From NCBI GenBank assembly GCA_964016885.1, contig OZ024743.1, positions 296,980,001-297,044,000 on the forward strand: a stretch of 64,000 bases of DNA, in the 5' to 3' direction. The translations under genes were made by a program, and so were the position numbers. Source of the DNA: Eledone cirrhosa (lineage: Eukaryota). Below, one piece after another: positions 10,402-23,694 of this stretch. The stretch's first letter is position 1. Every line of letters begins with the position of its first letter. The notes below the pieces were generated by a model, which was not told the DNA's origin, ran no database searches, and saw only the letters and a list, made by a program, of their open reading frames with translations.

Positions 10402-13400
10402 TAAGGGATTATATTATTTTTCCCCTTTTAACTGATATATTTGCTTATTATATTGCATACAAAATACATTTGTTTATCCTTAACTCATCTTGTTTGAGAT
10501 GAATTATAAGATATGCGATTCAATTTTATTCTAGTCTAAATGAGAAAGAAATATCTAAAATTAACTGTTTGTTAGCGTTCAGTATTCAAATTTTATTTAA
10601 CATATTTTTCCATACATTAACAATTATATGTTTAGCTTAGAGACTTTTTAATCCATGCACCATATTCAACACATTAGCATCTAGTATTTGTTTTATAACT
10701 AAATCATTGTTTAACACATGCGCACACACACATACACGCACACACACACACACACACACATACATTGTATTCAATCTATAACAAACTAATATACGCTTAA
10801 ACTATTTTTTAGCAAACAATTATAAAATCTTTTAATTCCTTAAAAAACATCACCTAATATGTCTTGGGCTGTTTAATATATCCACAATAACCAACAAATT
10901 ATTGTTTTTACATTATTAATGTTACATATTTATATTTATCTAACTTAGAATTTCCAAACAATGTGTCATATAACCTACTGTGTCATGAATAATCTCTAGG
11001 TTTATCACAAAATTAAGTCAAATCTGATCTATTTCTGCAAATCTTTGTCTATGAAGTTTACTTTTGAGATCTTACAACTCTGCATACAATGAGGCACACT
11101 ACTGTTGACACATACTATGATATTTAACTGTTTATTAATGAATTTTATTAATTTCACCCCATGAACCGTACTTTATTGTGTCGTGAAAAGAATTTCATTA
11201 TTAAAAAGTGTGTCGCCAATGTGAAAAGTTTGGAAAACCGTGGTTAAGCCACTGTTGAATCTTTAAATTTGAATAATTGCTAATTCTTACACTTAGATAA
11301 TTACAATCATATCTTTTCATTTAGCTAATCACAAACTGATAATTAAATTTGGGAAATCAATGTTCAGTCTTTATGTTTGATTTAGTGAAATACAAAACTG
11401 ATATTTGCTTTGATTTTACTCTAATCTGAGTCAGTACAGATTAACTATCCTGGCCTTGTGCCAAAAGTAGAAACAATTATTAGATCCAGTCAGTTGACTT
11501 GTATCTATTTATTTTGCTCATTTACTTGGTCTTTCTAATACATAATCTACAATATTTAGAGAATATGTTATCTAATGATCTTAGTTTTTAGCCATTAGAT
11601 CACTAATCAATATGACATTAATGTATATTCAAGTAACAGCAGTATAGAAGATTCAAGATAAAAAAGGTTTCCTCAGATTGAAAACTACTGTAATTATCAT
11701 CGAAATTTTAAACATTTTTCTTTTCCTTTAAAATAAAAATCGAACATAGTTTTTATACATATTCTCTTTTGATTTGTATTTGTTTTATGAGATATTTCAT
11801 AAGGGTTTTAAGGGTAATTAAAATTTTAGGAAGGCTAAAATGAAAATGAAAATTTGTGAACATATGAACTTTGACATAGTTTTATCAATATCAACAGGGA
11901 ACAATTAACAACAATTTTAATATTTTTTAGTGTGGTAGGGGTTATCAGAATATCTTTAAATCTCATCATATGAGAAGGGAAGTTGAATTATAACAAATGA
12001 GAAAATGTGCCAATGTTATTGAGGTAATTGTTAGAGCTTAAACAAGTTCCATACTTTTGAAGTTGTTGGCTTTTGTTTCTTTTGTAACTTGCTCATTATT
12101 TCAGTATTACATATAAAAACTGATATGAATGAAATATTCTCTGATAACAATGATGATGATGCCGGGAAAGGGGAAAAGGACAATGAGGAAGTTTATTATT
12201 ATAATGATCATCATTACCATCATCACTTTCACCAGGATAAAGCAGAAGTTATTGTTATATTATAAAGCATTTTAGATGTCGAGTTAAATTTGATCTTTCT
12301 TTTCTAATTTCTTATTGAAGATAATGTTACAAACTTGAGAGATAGGTTGCTTATACATTTTAGTTTATTAATTTAGTGAATAATTAAGAAATTATCTAAT
12401 TGATTGATAATAAAACCAAAAGGAAACCAACCTGAGTGTGCATTTTAATTGGTAGTATGATCCCTTCCTAAGTTTACAACAATATAGTTTCAACACACAC
12501 TTTAAGATCAAGAGTGTCTTGTCAAATATAGACAAGAATAAAATATCAAGTATTGTTGTTATGTAACAATCAATGTAATGTTTTGTATGATATCGGTTGA
12601 GCATCTTCCTTAGAAGACATGCTTCACTTCTGTGTTTCATTGAATAGGAATACAACAAGATTAGTTGTATGTGAAAGAATTCTTTGCCAGAGTGTTATAG
12701 TGACAATATATAGCAATAGAAAGATCATTTAATGGAAGAAGAGGAGGATAAAATGAAACCTGTAAATGCTGGTTATGAAAATGAACCATAGCAGAATAGA
12801 AAAAAAAAAAAAATAAAATAAAAATGTAAAACTATATTAGCGATATAACTGAACCACTTAGTTCATTAGATAAAGAGTTTTTTCAAATAACCTGAGTTCA
12901 CAAAATGAGGTTTTGTATCTGTCATTTTCAATTTTTGTTAAATATAATGTAAATTGATTGAACCCCTAATTAGTTCATACTGAAGAAACACAACCATGTT
13001 GAAACAGCTGTCTACAATATGAAAGGAGGAAAATATTATAGTTGAAATGTAATTAAATTAAATAAATATTAAATGAAAATAATATGGTGTAACTTACTTA
13101 TTTAATGAAAGAATACACTTTTAACAAGACTTTTATCTCTTGCAAAAACAAAATGTTTTCTTTTATATTTAAATTATTAAGTTGTTGAATATATTTCCTA
13201 AGTTATAGCAACATCTACTATCATTTTGCACCACATTTGTGACAAAGGGGAAAATGATAATGATAATGAAGATGATGATGATGATGAGCAGGAGGAGAAG
13301 GAAGAGGAGTAACAGGATGAGAATAATGTGGACAATAGCAATTATCTTTGTCTGTTGACTAGGCACACAGCCAATTTGTTTAAGTAGAGAGATGTGCAGT

Positions 13401-14494
13401 ATATTATTGGGACTTATTTGATCTATTCTGGAAAGTCGAAAGGCAAGCTCAGGTTAACTATAGTAATTTTTAAAAGAAAACTAAATATTGCAAGATATTC
13501 AGCCTGGGACTTTACCATTTCTTCCAACTGCTTTTGTAAAGTTTTCTTCTTTAAATTATGGTATGGAATATCTGCAAATAATCTTAATGATTATTTATAA
13601 ATTTAATTATTCATTTATAAACTTTATCATTAAAACTTCCAAATTTTTTTTTGAAAATGTAAACAACTTACAATGATCACAACTTGTAAAGTAAACATTT
13701 TTTATGGCTCACAGGCACAAAAAGCAAGTTGACAAATTCACATTTTCATCATAAATAGATGACTATCAAAACTATTATCAATTTGCTGACTGTTGCAGAA
13801 ACATTGTTATACATATTCAAAGAAATTCATTCTTCTTTTGTACACATTCTTACATCCCAGAAGAACAATTGAGAGGCAAATAACAGAAACCACAAAATTA
13901 AAACAAAACAAAATATCAACAAATTTCATATTCCTGAAATATATGATAAAAAATGGAATCTTATATCATAAATTATATTTGGAATATCATTTTAGAATCA
14001 TCATAATTGTTTTAGGAATGTTTTTACTTATGTAATCATCAAAATATTTAACAACTAGAATGCATTGTTATCACCCGTTAACATCTGTTCTCATGTTTTC
14101 TCATCTGACTAATTAACTGTTGGTGTTGTTTGGTAAATGACTATGCCAAGTTCATAAGGAATGATTTAATTACCAGTGCAAATTCATTAAACAATTTTTG
14201 TTATCAATTATGGCATCAGAGAACATTTTTGTATTAACAAACACTTTGGGCGATTTTTCAAGTAAAAAGAAATCATCCCCTAAATGAAGTGATTCAATGA
14301 TTGCTAGTAACTTAAAAAAATATACAGATTCTAAAATTTTCTATGAATCAAGAAAGAATAATATCAAATAATTATCAAAGACCCCCTTAAAATGTTTGAA
14401 ACATTTTAATGATAGCTTAAGGAATGTCATCAAGAATTCTCTTTTAAGTATTAAATGTTTTGTGACTAAGGATTTTTTTCTGTCTTGTAGGTAA

Positions 14495-14716
14495 CCCTTT
14501 CATGACCATATTTATAATGAAATATACTCTTTCAATTAATGCAGAATTTTGGATGATTTACTCAAATGATTATTTCTTTCCTAATATAATAACTTAAAAT
14601 ATGGTTCTTGTATAGTATCATGTTGGAATATATAAATTCATATAGGAATCGTTTGAAATGGGTGGTATTCTTTCATAGAACTAGGTCTGGTTTTGGCCAG
14701 GTTGGTATCAAAAGGG
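14495..14716. mobile_element. Older piggyBac-type MITE, family 2
   Basis: TAA-CCCTTT...GGTATCAAAAGGG-TTAA; related ends at about 2371 and 33347, reversed copies near 42740-43005 and 57580-57800. Confidence 0.6.
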
Positions 14717-15315
14717 TTAAAGCTTATCACTGGAACTAGTTTTATTCTGTTAAGTATGTTGATTTTGTCTTTGATTTTGTTCCATTGTTAAAATTATTTA
14801 AAGGAGTAACACTCGAACACACAAATGTTGTAACACACAGGATAATATTATAGATATAACCTTACTCCTAACCCAACATTTTGGCTCCATCAAAATGAGA
14901 CTTCTCTATAAAACCAGAGGAAGAAAAACAACCCCTTCAAAAGCTCCGCTTTTGTAACATTAAAGGGAGATAGCAAGAAAGATGAAAAAAAAAAACTAAC
15001 TTTTTCAGGAGGGGCAAGAAAATAAATTATGCCTTCTTCGAAATATTTTTTGAATGAAAATTTTAGAAGTGAACAAGCTTCTGATTCTAAAGTCAAGTTA
15101 AAAAGACACAAATATTTAGACAATTTTCAAAGCGTTAATAATATTACTAGACAATTTACAGAAATAAATCGCCATTTATAAAGGTTTTTATTATTGGTGT
15201 AATTTATTTGTATATATATAAAAAATTTACTGGTAAAAATTTTAAACCAGACTTAGTGCATATTTGTATTTTTGCATATTTAAATATGTTTGTATGTGTG
15301 TTTATCACAAGTAAT

Positions 15316-15317
<2 letters not shown>

Positions 15318-15405
<88 letters not shown>

Positions 15406-15457
15406 GACACACATACATATGTATATATATATATGTATATTTGTATGTGTGTGTATG

Positions 15458-15539
<82 letters not shown>

Positions 15540-15835
15540 TATGTATATATATATATACATACATGTATATATATATATATATATACACACACACATATAT
15601 GTGTGTGTGTATATATATATACATCCCCACTCATATATAAATGCAGGCATATATGTATGGATCTTTTTACATATGTATGCACGCATCTTCTTGTGGATTT
15701 TGTAGAGCAGGTTTCTATTACAAGAAACTTTTATCAGCCAAAATATACACACAACGTATCTATATATCTCTATAAATATATATTTACACATACACACATA
15801 CACACACACACACACACACATACACACATATATAT
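15318..15835. repeat. Compound (TA)n/(TG)n/(CA)n microsatellite block
   Basis: Read directly; many other (TA)n, (GA)n (17436-17535), (GAT)n, (TATG)n (40095-40238) and (AAAAT)n (6505-6580) tracts occur across the window. Confidence 0.95.
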
Positions 15836-16133
15836 AGTGAATTAATAAACAACTAATACAAAATATGTTGGTGTTATCTGACTATCTAAAAATGAGCTTT
15901 CCACCTTAGTCTTTTTACGGAATGTTCAAGACAGATCAAAATGGTGCTTCTGCTTATTACAGCTGCATTAAACAAATTTGATGGAGAGTGTGTGACTGAA
16001 GGGATGTAAATTTCTGAAAATTACTTTTATTTTATGGTAGTTATTTACTCTAAGTTTGTATTGAAAAAATTAGTGCTGTGTTTCTCATTTGTACAGTTGA
16101 ACAAAATAATTTACTTGTATATATATATATGTA

Positions 16134-16219
<86 letters not shown>

Positions 16220-16535
16220 TATATATATATCTAGGGAGTGTAACTTGGAGTTACTGCAGGTTCACCCGGGTGAGCACTCGATGTTTAGGTTCACTTCTGT
16301 GTTGAGGTGTAAGCTATACAGAGTGTAATATCTTGAAAGGAGTAACCAAGGAAGATTGGTTACTCCTTCATTAGTAATGAAGGAGTAACCAATCGTCCTT
16401 GTTATCCTTTGTATTGTGTGTACAAATGAAACAAACTAGCACTCAAGAGTACTTTTGCCTGTATAAACATGCAAGTATACATACATTTTTAAATTAATAT
16501 CTTTTTGCCCACTAAATGTTTTAATGATTACAATA

Positions 16536-16577
<42 letters not shown>

Positions 16578-16612
16578 GTATGCATTTACATACATATCTA
16601 TATATCTATATC

Positions 16613-16643
<31 letters not shown>

Positions 16644-17430
16644 GTGTGCGTGTGTGTGTGTATGTGTGTGTGTGTGTGTGTATAAACTCTGCAACACCTA
16701 CAAAAACAGCTAACATAAAGATTCACTGAGAAATACGTGTAGACTCAGATGTATAACAAGATCTAAAGATTTGCATACCAGATGTTAACGTTCAATTTGT
16801 AATATAAATATCAATATCAACAGATTAGATGTAAAACATTTATAAGATTCCTTTAACACAATAATATTTCACAAAAAAACATAATGATAATAATTATAAT
16901 TATAGTAATTATAATAATAATTCGAATACATAAGTAATAGTTGTATGAATGAATTTCAGGAAATTACCCCCCAAATAAAAAAAAAAAAAAATCAAAGAAA
17001 TGGAAAAAAAGCATCGGTAAAATATATCCAACCATTTTTCACTTTAGAAGAATTGCTCTTGATAGTTGACACAAACATTTGAAAAAAAACAAACAAAAAC
17101 AACAAACAAAAAACATGTGTAAGAGCTTGTGAAGAACCAAACTTTTTCTTTTGTTTTACAATATGTATATTTTTTAAACCAATGTGTTAGAACAAGTAAC
17201 TGTGGTGGATTTTACTTGATTGGTCCTTTGTAAACCACATGGTTGGCTGGTTGGTTCAATTGAAAAGTTTCCAACCCACTCACCCCTAAACACCCCATAT
17301 GGTCAAGCTTTTTGTAATCCATATTCTTATTTGTTCTCTTCTAACAGATTATTTTCTTGTTGGAGTGTGGGATGGAGGGTTGATTTAAAACAAGAATAAT
17401 GTTATCTTACTAAAGAGAAAGAAAGAAAGA

Positions 17431-17538
<108 letters not shown>

Positions 17539-17763
17539 ATAGCAGTATCAACAACATTAACAATGATAACAATATTCTGAACATATATTTAAAAGACTGT
17601 CTCCCTTTTCTAAAAAGTAGCATGTTATAGTAATGTCATTGACCATTTCCAAAGACATTGCCACATTGGCCATCATCACTGGTTTGTTTTAAAGGATTAT
17701 TGCAATGGTTTCTGTTCATTTATTCTAAACCAGGGTATATTGACTATGTGATTTCTGATATGG

Positions 17764-18393
17764 TTAACCATTTGATCCAAGAGAAGGATCTGATGTTGTT
17801 CCAATATATCCATAGTTAACATGCTCTTTAACACCCAGATCCTCTTGTGAGATCTTCAGTGCTGGGTTAATTTTACCATTCATTTCTAGTGTTGGCGTGA
17901 TTGCTGTCAATTCATTGGCTGGTTCTCTCATGGCAAGGGCGATAACTTCATCTGGTATATTGACAATGCACATAAAAACATCATAACGCCGAGGTAGATG
18001 GGCATTCTCAAAGAGATATTTGAACACATATGAGACACCTGCTATTGTTCCAAGAGAAAGAAACATCGACAAGGTTTTGAATGGAAACATTTGAAGCTTT
18101 TCCTCCTCATCATAGAAAGGATAAAATATGATGGGTTCGATAAAAAGTGTGGGTTCCCCTCCTGAAAGGCGCATGAATATGCCAACTATATAGCCAGCTA
18201 ACGATCCATAGGTGTTTGCCCATTCTAAATACACGACAGTCACAAGCTGTGGGAACAATATTACATAGACAAAATCGGAGCAAAGATACCAAAGATCATA
18301 CACCGATGTCACCTTTAATGCCATCGCAGTTGCAAGAACACCAACGCCAAATATAGCTATACGCATCACCCACAGGATTTCTTGGTCAGATGC
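17764..18393 (-). CDS. SLC5A7: CHT1 coding exon 8 (last), 630 nt including stop
   Basis: Acceptor TCTTTTCCAG|; [18 protein letters not shown]...[17 protein letters not shown]...RLSGGEP...FPFKTLSM...; TAA at 17766-17764; the eight exons sum to 1713 nt, 570 aa plus stop. Confidence 0.96.
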   Translation of the reverse strand, partial: ASDQEILWVMRIAIFGVGVLATAMALKVTSVYDLWYLCSDFVYVILFPQLVTVVYLEWANTYGSLAGYIVGIFMRLSGGEPTLFIEPIIFYPFYDEEEKLQMFPFKTLSMFLSLGTIAGVSYVFKYLFENAHLPRRYDVFMCIVNIPDEVIALAMREPANELTAITPTLEMNGKINPALKISQEDLGVKEHVNYGYIGTTSDPSLGSNG

Positions 18394-19269
18394 CTGGAAA
18401 AGACAAAAAAAACAGCATTTATAAAATCTGCAGAAGATTTATGAAACTTTAACATAAAATCTAATATGATAAAGATATTGGCAAGAAAGTTTGTTAAAGG
18501 AATAGAGATGACACAGTCACAGAGATGACACAGAAATTAGTACTGAAGATTTGAATAGTAATAACTTAGTAACAACAATAGTAGGAAAAATCTATAAGAT
18601 TTGGGATGTGTGGAATATAGAAAATAGTTACTGATTGAAAATAATGGGGGAATATGTATTGAGAACCTGAAGGGAAAAAATGATTAAATAAAGAAAAGGT
18701 ATAAAAATATTTCATTTAAATATAATGTTTATATTTTGTTTTTCTCTTATTCACAAACAGCTGCAACAATCTAGCTAGGTTTAAAACAAAACTACAGTTT
18801 AAACATACATTAAACATACATTAAAAAAACACAGTTTAAACATACATTAAAAAAATCTTTTAGTAGACTACCTAAAAAAAAGAACGTCACAGTGAAACAT
18901 GAAAATGCTCCAATATATTTGCTGAATGTGTTAAAGGGTTTTCAACCTTAAATCTTATTCAACTCTTTATTACAATTTCTTTCCTCCTTAACCATTTGCA
19001 TAAAGGTAGCAGCATTTACATGTGACCTAAACATTTTATGCAAGACTTCACAAAGGAAGCAGCATCTACATGTGACCTAGATATCTTATGCAAGACCTGC
19101 ATGGCTTTCAGAAGCCCAAACCTTAAATATATCTTCCAACAAAGACATTGCAATCTAAACTTCTTCAACAACACTGATATATAGTTACTGATAACACCAC
19201 TTTCTTGATCATGATATACAGTGTAATTACATCACACATGTATAACATTTATATAAAAGATTTCTTTTT

Positions 19270-20310
19270 ATTTAGTAGGTCTGGAGGAACCCAGGGGTAG
19301 ACTACGAGCAAGACGGTTGGATAACATTTATGTTCTCAATTGGTCTTGCTTGGGGATTCAGCTGGATCTATAGGAGACAGATGCTTTTGATAGGACCTGC
19401 TGGAAAACATGCTTCAAGTCTCTGCCCCCATGACCCTCCCAAGAAAAAGAAGAAAAAAGGAGGAGGAGGGGAATTACGAAATGCATGTAGCTGCTACAGG
19501 CTCTCCAAAATCAGAGATTTTGTTTAAATGGCTGCAAGTTGACTCCTGTAGGAAAGAGATAAATAGAGAGGGATGAGTTTAGAGATTTGTACAGGACCTT
19601 AGGGTGACAAGGAGGTGACATGACATGGGGGTTGAGAGAAGGAGAGACAAGTGAGTCAGGAATATCTGAGCGGTAGTAGTAGTATGAAGCCTGTCAGCTT
19701 CAAGAAGCCTGAGACCATGGTAGTAAATGTAGAAGAGACAGAGAGAGGTGACAGTACATCTGAGTGCCAGAGGATGTAATGTCATTTAATTAAGTGGGTT
19801 TTCTCTGGACACAGTTTAAGATATTAGTGTGTGCAACAATAGCACAAACCTAGATATAGAAACAGTTCTTTATTTTTGGTTTCCCCTAACTAGATTTAAA
19901 TCTCAATAACTAGAAAATACTCCAGCTTAACTAATTAACAACTTCTATAGAGAAAAAATGAAACCTTTACTGGAGCATTACTAAAATATCTGGAATGGTA
20001 TTGCTGCAATGCATAAAAATTATCTTACTTTGCTTCCCAGATTAGATCATTTGATTTATTGACAAAACCCCTCTCACTAACAAATGTGTTATTCCTTCTC
20101 TTTTTCTCTTCTACTACTATGACTTTTGTTCATTTGAGCTAGCAAGCTGTATACCTACTTCAAATTCACCTGATGCAGCTGTATCTCCTCTTCTACCTCT
20201 TACCTTACCTACATCATCTCCCAAATACTGTACTAAAGGCATTACCCAATCTTTCTTCTTCATTACTGTAACCCTCTGAAATTTCTTCCCTGACTATATT
20301 TCTTTTTACA
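19270..20310. mobile_element. Decayed CR1/Jockey-like LINE fragments
   Basis: Minus-strand LALRCTVTSLCLFYIYYHG resembles a CR1-group RT C-terminus; 19270-19450 is repeated at about 43320-43530. Confidence 0.4.
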
Positions 20311-20342
20311 GAGAGCAACCTACAGAAATTGAAGCTTTATAG

Positions 20343-20679
20343 CAGAGTGGGTACTATCCCACCCCTTGGAGAGGGGTGATCGAGAAGGTCCAGGGTGCGC
20401 TGTGGCCTAAGGAGGCAGTGGGAGCAGTAGAGATGATATAATAGTATATAAATGATACATATGATATATGAATATAGTAAAATAAAAAAAATATATTTAT
20501 TTATACATAGTATATATTATATTTTTTATTACATATAAATTAACAATTTTATTTATAATATATTATTTACAATTTTCCTGTAGGTAGGTCTCTCTGGATA
20601 TAGGGTTGGAGTGGGTGGGTAGTGAGGGTATTATGTGGCCGTGAGCGGGGTGGTGGCTCGAAAAGTTTGAGAACCTCTG
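20343..20679. mobile_element. hAT-type MITE
   Basis: CAGAG... and ...GTTTGAGAACCTCTG ends; 8-bp TSD CTTTATAG/CTTTATAT (7 of 8 match). Confidence 0.6.
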
Positions 20680-20717
20680 CTTTATATAAACTGTATTAAC
20701 ATCATAACATTATCAGT

Positions 20718-20820
20718 GCCGAGGTTAACCCTGCCTTTCATCCTTACGGGGTCGATAAAATAAAGTACCAGTAATGTACTGGGTAATTGCTGGCCTTGTG
20801 CCAAATGTAGAAACAATTAT
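20718..20820 (+). mobile_element. SINE family A, 5'-truncated, inverted relative to 20875-21061
   Basis: GCCGAGGTTAAC...GGGGTCGATAAAATAAAGTACCAGT...GTAGAAACAATTAT. Confidence 0.8.
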
Positions 20821-20874
20821 CAGTCTATAAGAGCCTGTAGTGGTCGTAGTGACTGACATCCTGCTTACTACAAA

Positions 20875-21061
20875 ATAATTATTTCTACTTTTGGCACAAG
20901 GCCAGCAATTATCGCAGTGTATTACTGGTACTTTATTTTATCGGCCCCGTAAGGATGAAAGACAAAGTTAACCTCAGCGGGATTTGAACTCAGACCATAA
21001 AGGGCCGTAACTCTTCACTGCAAAGCATGGCATCAGACCCTCTACCGATACTGCCAATCCA
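20875..21061 (-). mobile_element. SINE family A, full length
   Basis: Near-identical to 6298-6479 and 28587-28771. Confidence 0.8.
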
Positions 21062-21411
21062 CAAAATAATAAAACAATAAGACACAGGCATGACACTTCA
21101 CAGCCATATGGTTTTGAGTTCTATTGCACCTTGGGAGTGAATTTAGTAGATAAAACTCTGTAATACTGTAAAACAGTTGATGTTAGGAAGCATATCAAGT
21201 CATAGAAGCTATGTTAAAATGGAACAACAAATAATCCCTTGATCAGTCAAATTTTTGAGGACTATGCATTATTTTGAATAAAACACTAACTATAATGACC
21301 TGTCCAACCAATGTCAGCAGGAAAAGCAGACATAAAATAATGATGACTCATGAGCCAGTAATATCTTATCCATTCAGTCATCTAAAAAAGGTTAATAAGA
21401 AAACTACTTAC

Positions 21412-21623
21412 TTTTTGGCGAAAGATTAGCTTATATACATTCCGAGCAAACATGGAAGCTGCTGAGAGAATAGAAGAATCTGCCGAAGACATGACAGCAG
21501 CAGATATAGCTCCCAAACCGAAAAATGAAACGAAATCAGGGCACATATACTGCAGACAGAGAGGCAAGACAAGTTTTAGGTTGTTTCCTTCTGGAGCATG
21601 TCCATATTCAGTCTGGTTCCAGT
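21412..21623 (-). CDS. SLC5A7: CHT1 coding exon 7, 212 nt
   Basis: Acceptor TTTCTTTCAG|; DWNQTEYG...[52 protein letters not shown], with the NQT glycosylation sequon and the [10 protein letters not shown] motif; donor |GTAAGT. Confidence 0.96.
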
Positions 21624-21675
21624 CTGAAAGAAAAGAAAAAACATTAAATAGGATAAATTATTATTGCTTATTTGT

Positions 21676-21758
<83 letters not shown>

Positions 21759-21842
21759 AAAGGTAAACAGAAATAAGAACACAATCGGTACAGTATATGG
21801 AAGGTATATATTAGGTTAACACTTGATATAGCAGGAAGAGGG

Positions 21843-21877
21843 TTTTAACATTTCGGATGCAAGTCCTTCGTCAGAAG
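21843..21877 (-). ncRNA. Degenerate minimal hammerhead motif, probably a Penelope pLTR remnant
   Basis: Minus strand CTT-CTGACGA-A-GGA(CTTGCA)TCC-GAAA-TGT-TA-AAA; near a (TA)n tract; stems I and III are decayed. Confidence 0.5.
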
Positions 21878-21969
21878 AAAGAATGAAAAATAAAATAGAT
21901 TAAGGGGACGGGCAGGATGGAATTGGAAAAAATGTCTTTAGATAAAAATAATAGGTCCATTCATGTTGA

Positions 21970-22245
21970 CTTGGTACCACAACATCCAGTCCAAACTAAA
22001 GAGGTCGTGTAGCCGTCACGACAAAATAGCATCCAGTCCACGCTGTAAAGTGGTCGTGTAGGAGACATGGTAAAAAGGCTCCCAGTCCACACTATAAATG
22101 TGTTTAGTGTTAGGAAGGGCATCCAGCCATAGAAAATCTGCCAGATATAGTCCTATATGAGCGAGACATGGTTACCCGATTAATCTTGTCTCAAGTGGGA
22201 CAATTCCCATCTAACCCATGCTAGCATGGAAAATAGATGTTAAAC

Positions 22246-22287
<42 letters not shown>

Positions 22288-22288
22288 A
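21970..22288 (+). mobile_element. SINE 3' part with about 42-bp internal subrepeats and an RTE-like tail
   Basis: CATCCAGTCCA.ACT.TAAAG.GGTCGTGTAG three times, TTAGGAAGGGCATCCAGCC, CCATGCTAGCATGGAAAA and (GAT)n; similar copies at 29800-29975, 40885-41175, 52770-53105 (-) and 63530-63845 (-). Confidence 0.7.
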
Positions 22289-22886
22289 TATGTATATATA
22301 TATTGTTTACAATTTATGTTGCATGGTTTACCAGTGGGTAGATCTGATCATTCCAGTTAGCAAACTATGATATAATAAATTAAAGCACTCAATGTTATAC
22401 AAATCATCCATTGTAGATCTGGTATCTCATGGTTGGTGCAGAGACCAAGTTAAATATTTATTTAAAAGACAACAGAAGGCAGGACTCAAAATATTCTTTT
22501 AATATTGCAAAATAACAATATTCATTTCTATGGCCTGGTTACATCATCAGATCATGACATAATGAAGTGTTATATATATATATTGAATATGCTGAGGAAT
22601 ATGCGACCAAAAAATCAATGGTAGAAGGGGTTGGTTTAAATTTTGGGTCAATATTTTGATCATTTTCATCAACTTCAAATTCTACGTAAATAAGGTTTAG
22701 ATTTTTGCCCATTTCTCAGACATAAAATAGTGGGGTCAGCTTATATTCGAATATATATGTGAAAAAATAGACATTAAAGGGTGATGATATATATATATAT
22801 ATATATTATTTGTGTATAGTCGTAGCTATGGTGCTTCCGTAGACAGTATGCCAAAATTAGCACTCGATATTCATCAGAGTAGAGTG

Positions 22887-23004
22887 TATATATTATCAAG
22901 AAAACGAAAAATCAGTGATGCATCTGGACTTAGTTTATTTCGTGAAACATTTGTAACAAGAAATAAACTAAGTCCAGATGCATCACTGATTTTTCGTTTT
23001 CTTG

Positions 23005-23014
<10 letters not shown>
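22887..23014. repeat. Perfect inverted repeat, 55-bp arms and 18-nt spacer
   Basis: TATATATTATCAAGAAAACG...TTTATTTC / GAAATAAAC...CTTGATAATATATA, running into (TA)n. Confidence 0.92.
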
Positions 23015-23057
<43 letters not shown>

Positions 23058-23404
23058 GTATCATTATCATCATCGTTTTTTCATCCGCTTTTCCATGCTT
23101 GCTTGGGTTGGATGGGTCCTTCTTAGCATGGCATCTCTCCACACATTGCTATCCTTTGCAATAGCCTCTGTGAGTTTCAGTGATTTGAGGTTAGCTCTCA
23201 CAACCTTTGCCCAGGTCTTTCTTGGTCTACTTCTACCACAACCTCCTTCCACTGGTATTTCCTGACACTTCGTCACCTATTGATTATTGTCCATGCACAT
23301 CAGATGTCGAAGCCAATGCAGTCTTCTCTCCTGCACACTACCTCAAATTTCTCTTATATCCAGCTTCTCCTTCAACTCATCCAAGCTCTACTACTTTCTC
23401 ACAC

Positions 23405-23405
<1 letters not shown>
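23058..23405 (-). mobile_element. RTE LINE 3' fragment
   Basis: KCQEIPVEGGCGRSRPRKTWAKVVRANL...WRDAML; CAAGCATGGAAAA plus (GAT)n tail. Confidence 0.8.
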
Positions 23406-23447
<42 letters not shown>

Positions 23448-23651
23448 CGTTTCTGAATTTGTTTAGCAAGATTCTTTATCTGAAAACGTGGGTTGAAACC
23501 GATATTGTTATACTTTGGGAGGGTCATGTTGCCAATAAGAAACACACGCACCAGTTGCTTTCACTTCAATTTATTATAATAAATTTATAAATTTAGCAAT
23601 TTATAAATTTCTGGTTGGTTGGTTCCACAACCAGATGGTTGTTTATATATT

Positions 23652-23694
23652 GTCAAAGTTCTTTCGTCACACATTCTGTGACCTCTTCAGTGAC
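23652..23694 (-). ncRNA. Second copy of the hammerhead motif, sense to the CHT1 pre-mRNA
   Basis: Exact reverse complement of 27752-27794 within the inverted arm. Confidence 0.75.

Noticed and set aside
15208-16729. YIYIYI and CVCV ORFs here and at 2939-3212, 29107-29587, 40572-41056 and 51559-52110
   Set aside because: Translations of (TA)n, (TG)n and (TATG)n microsatellites
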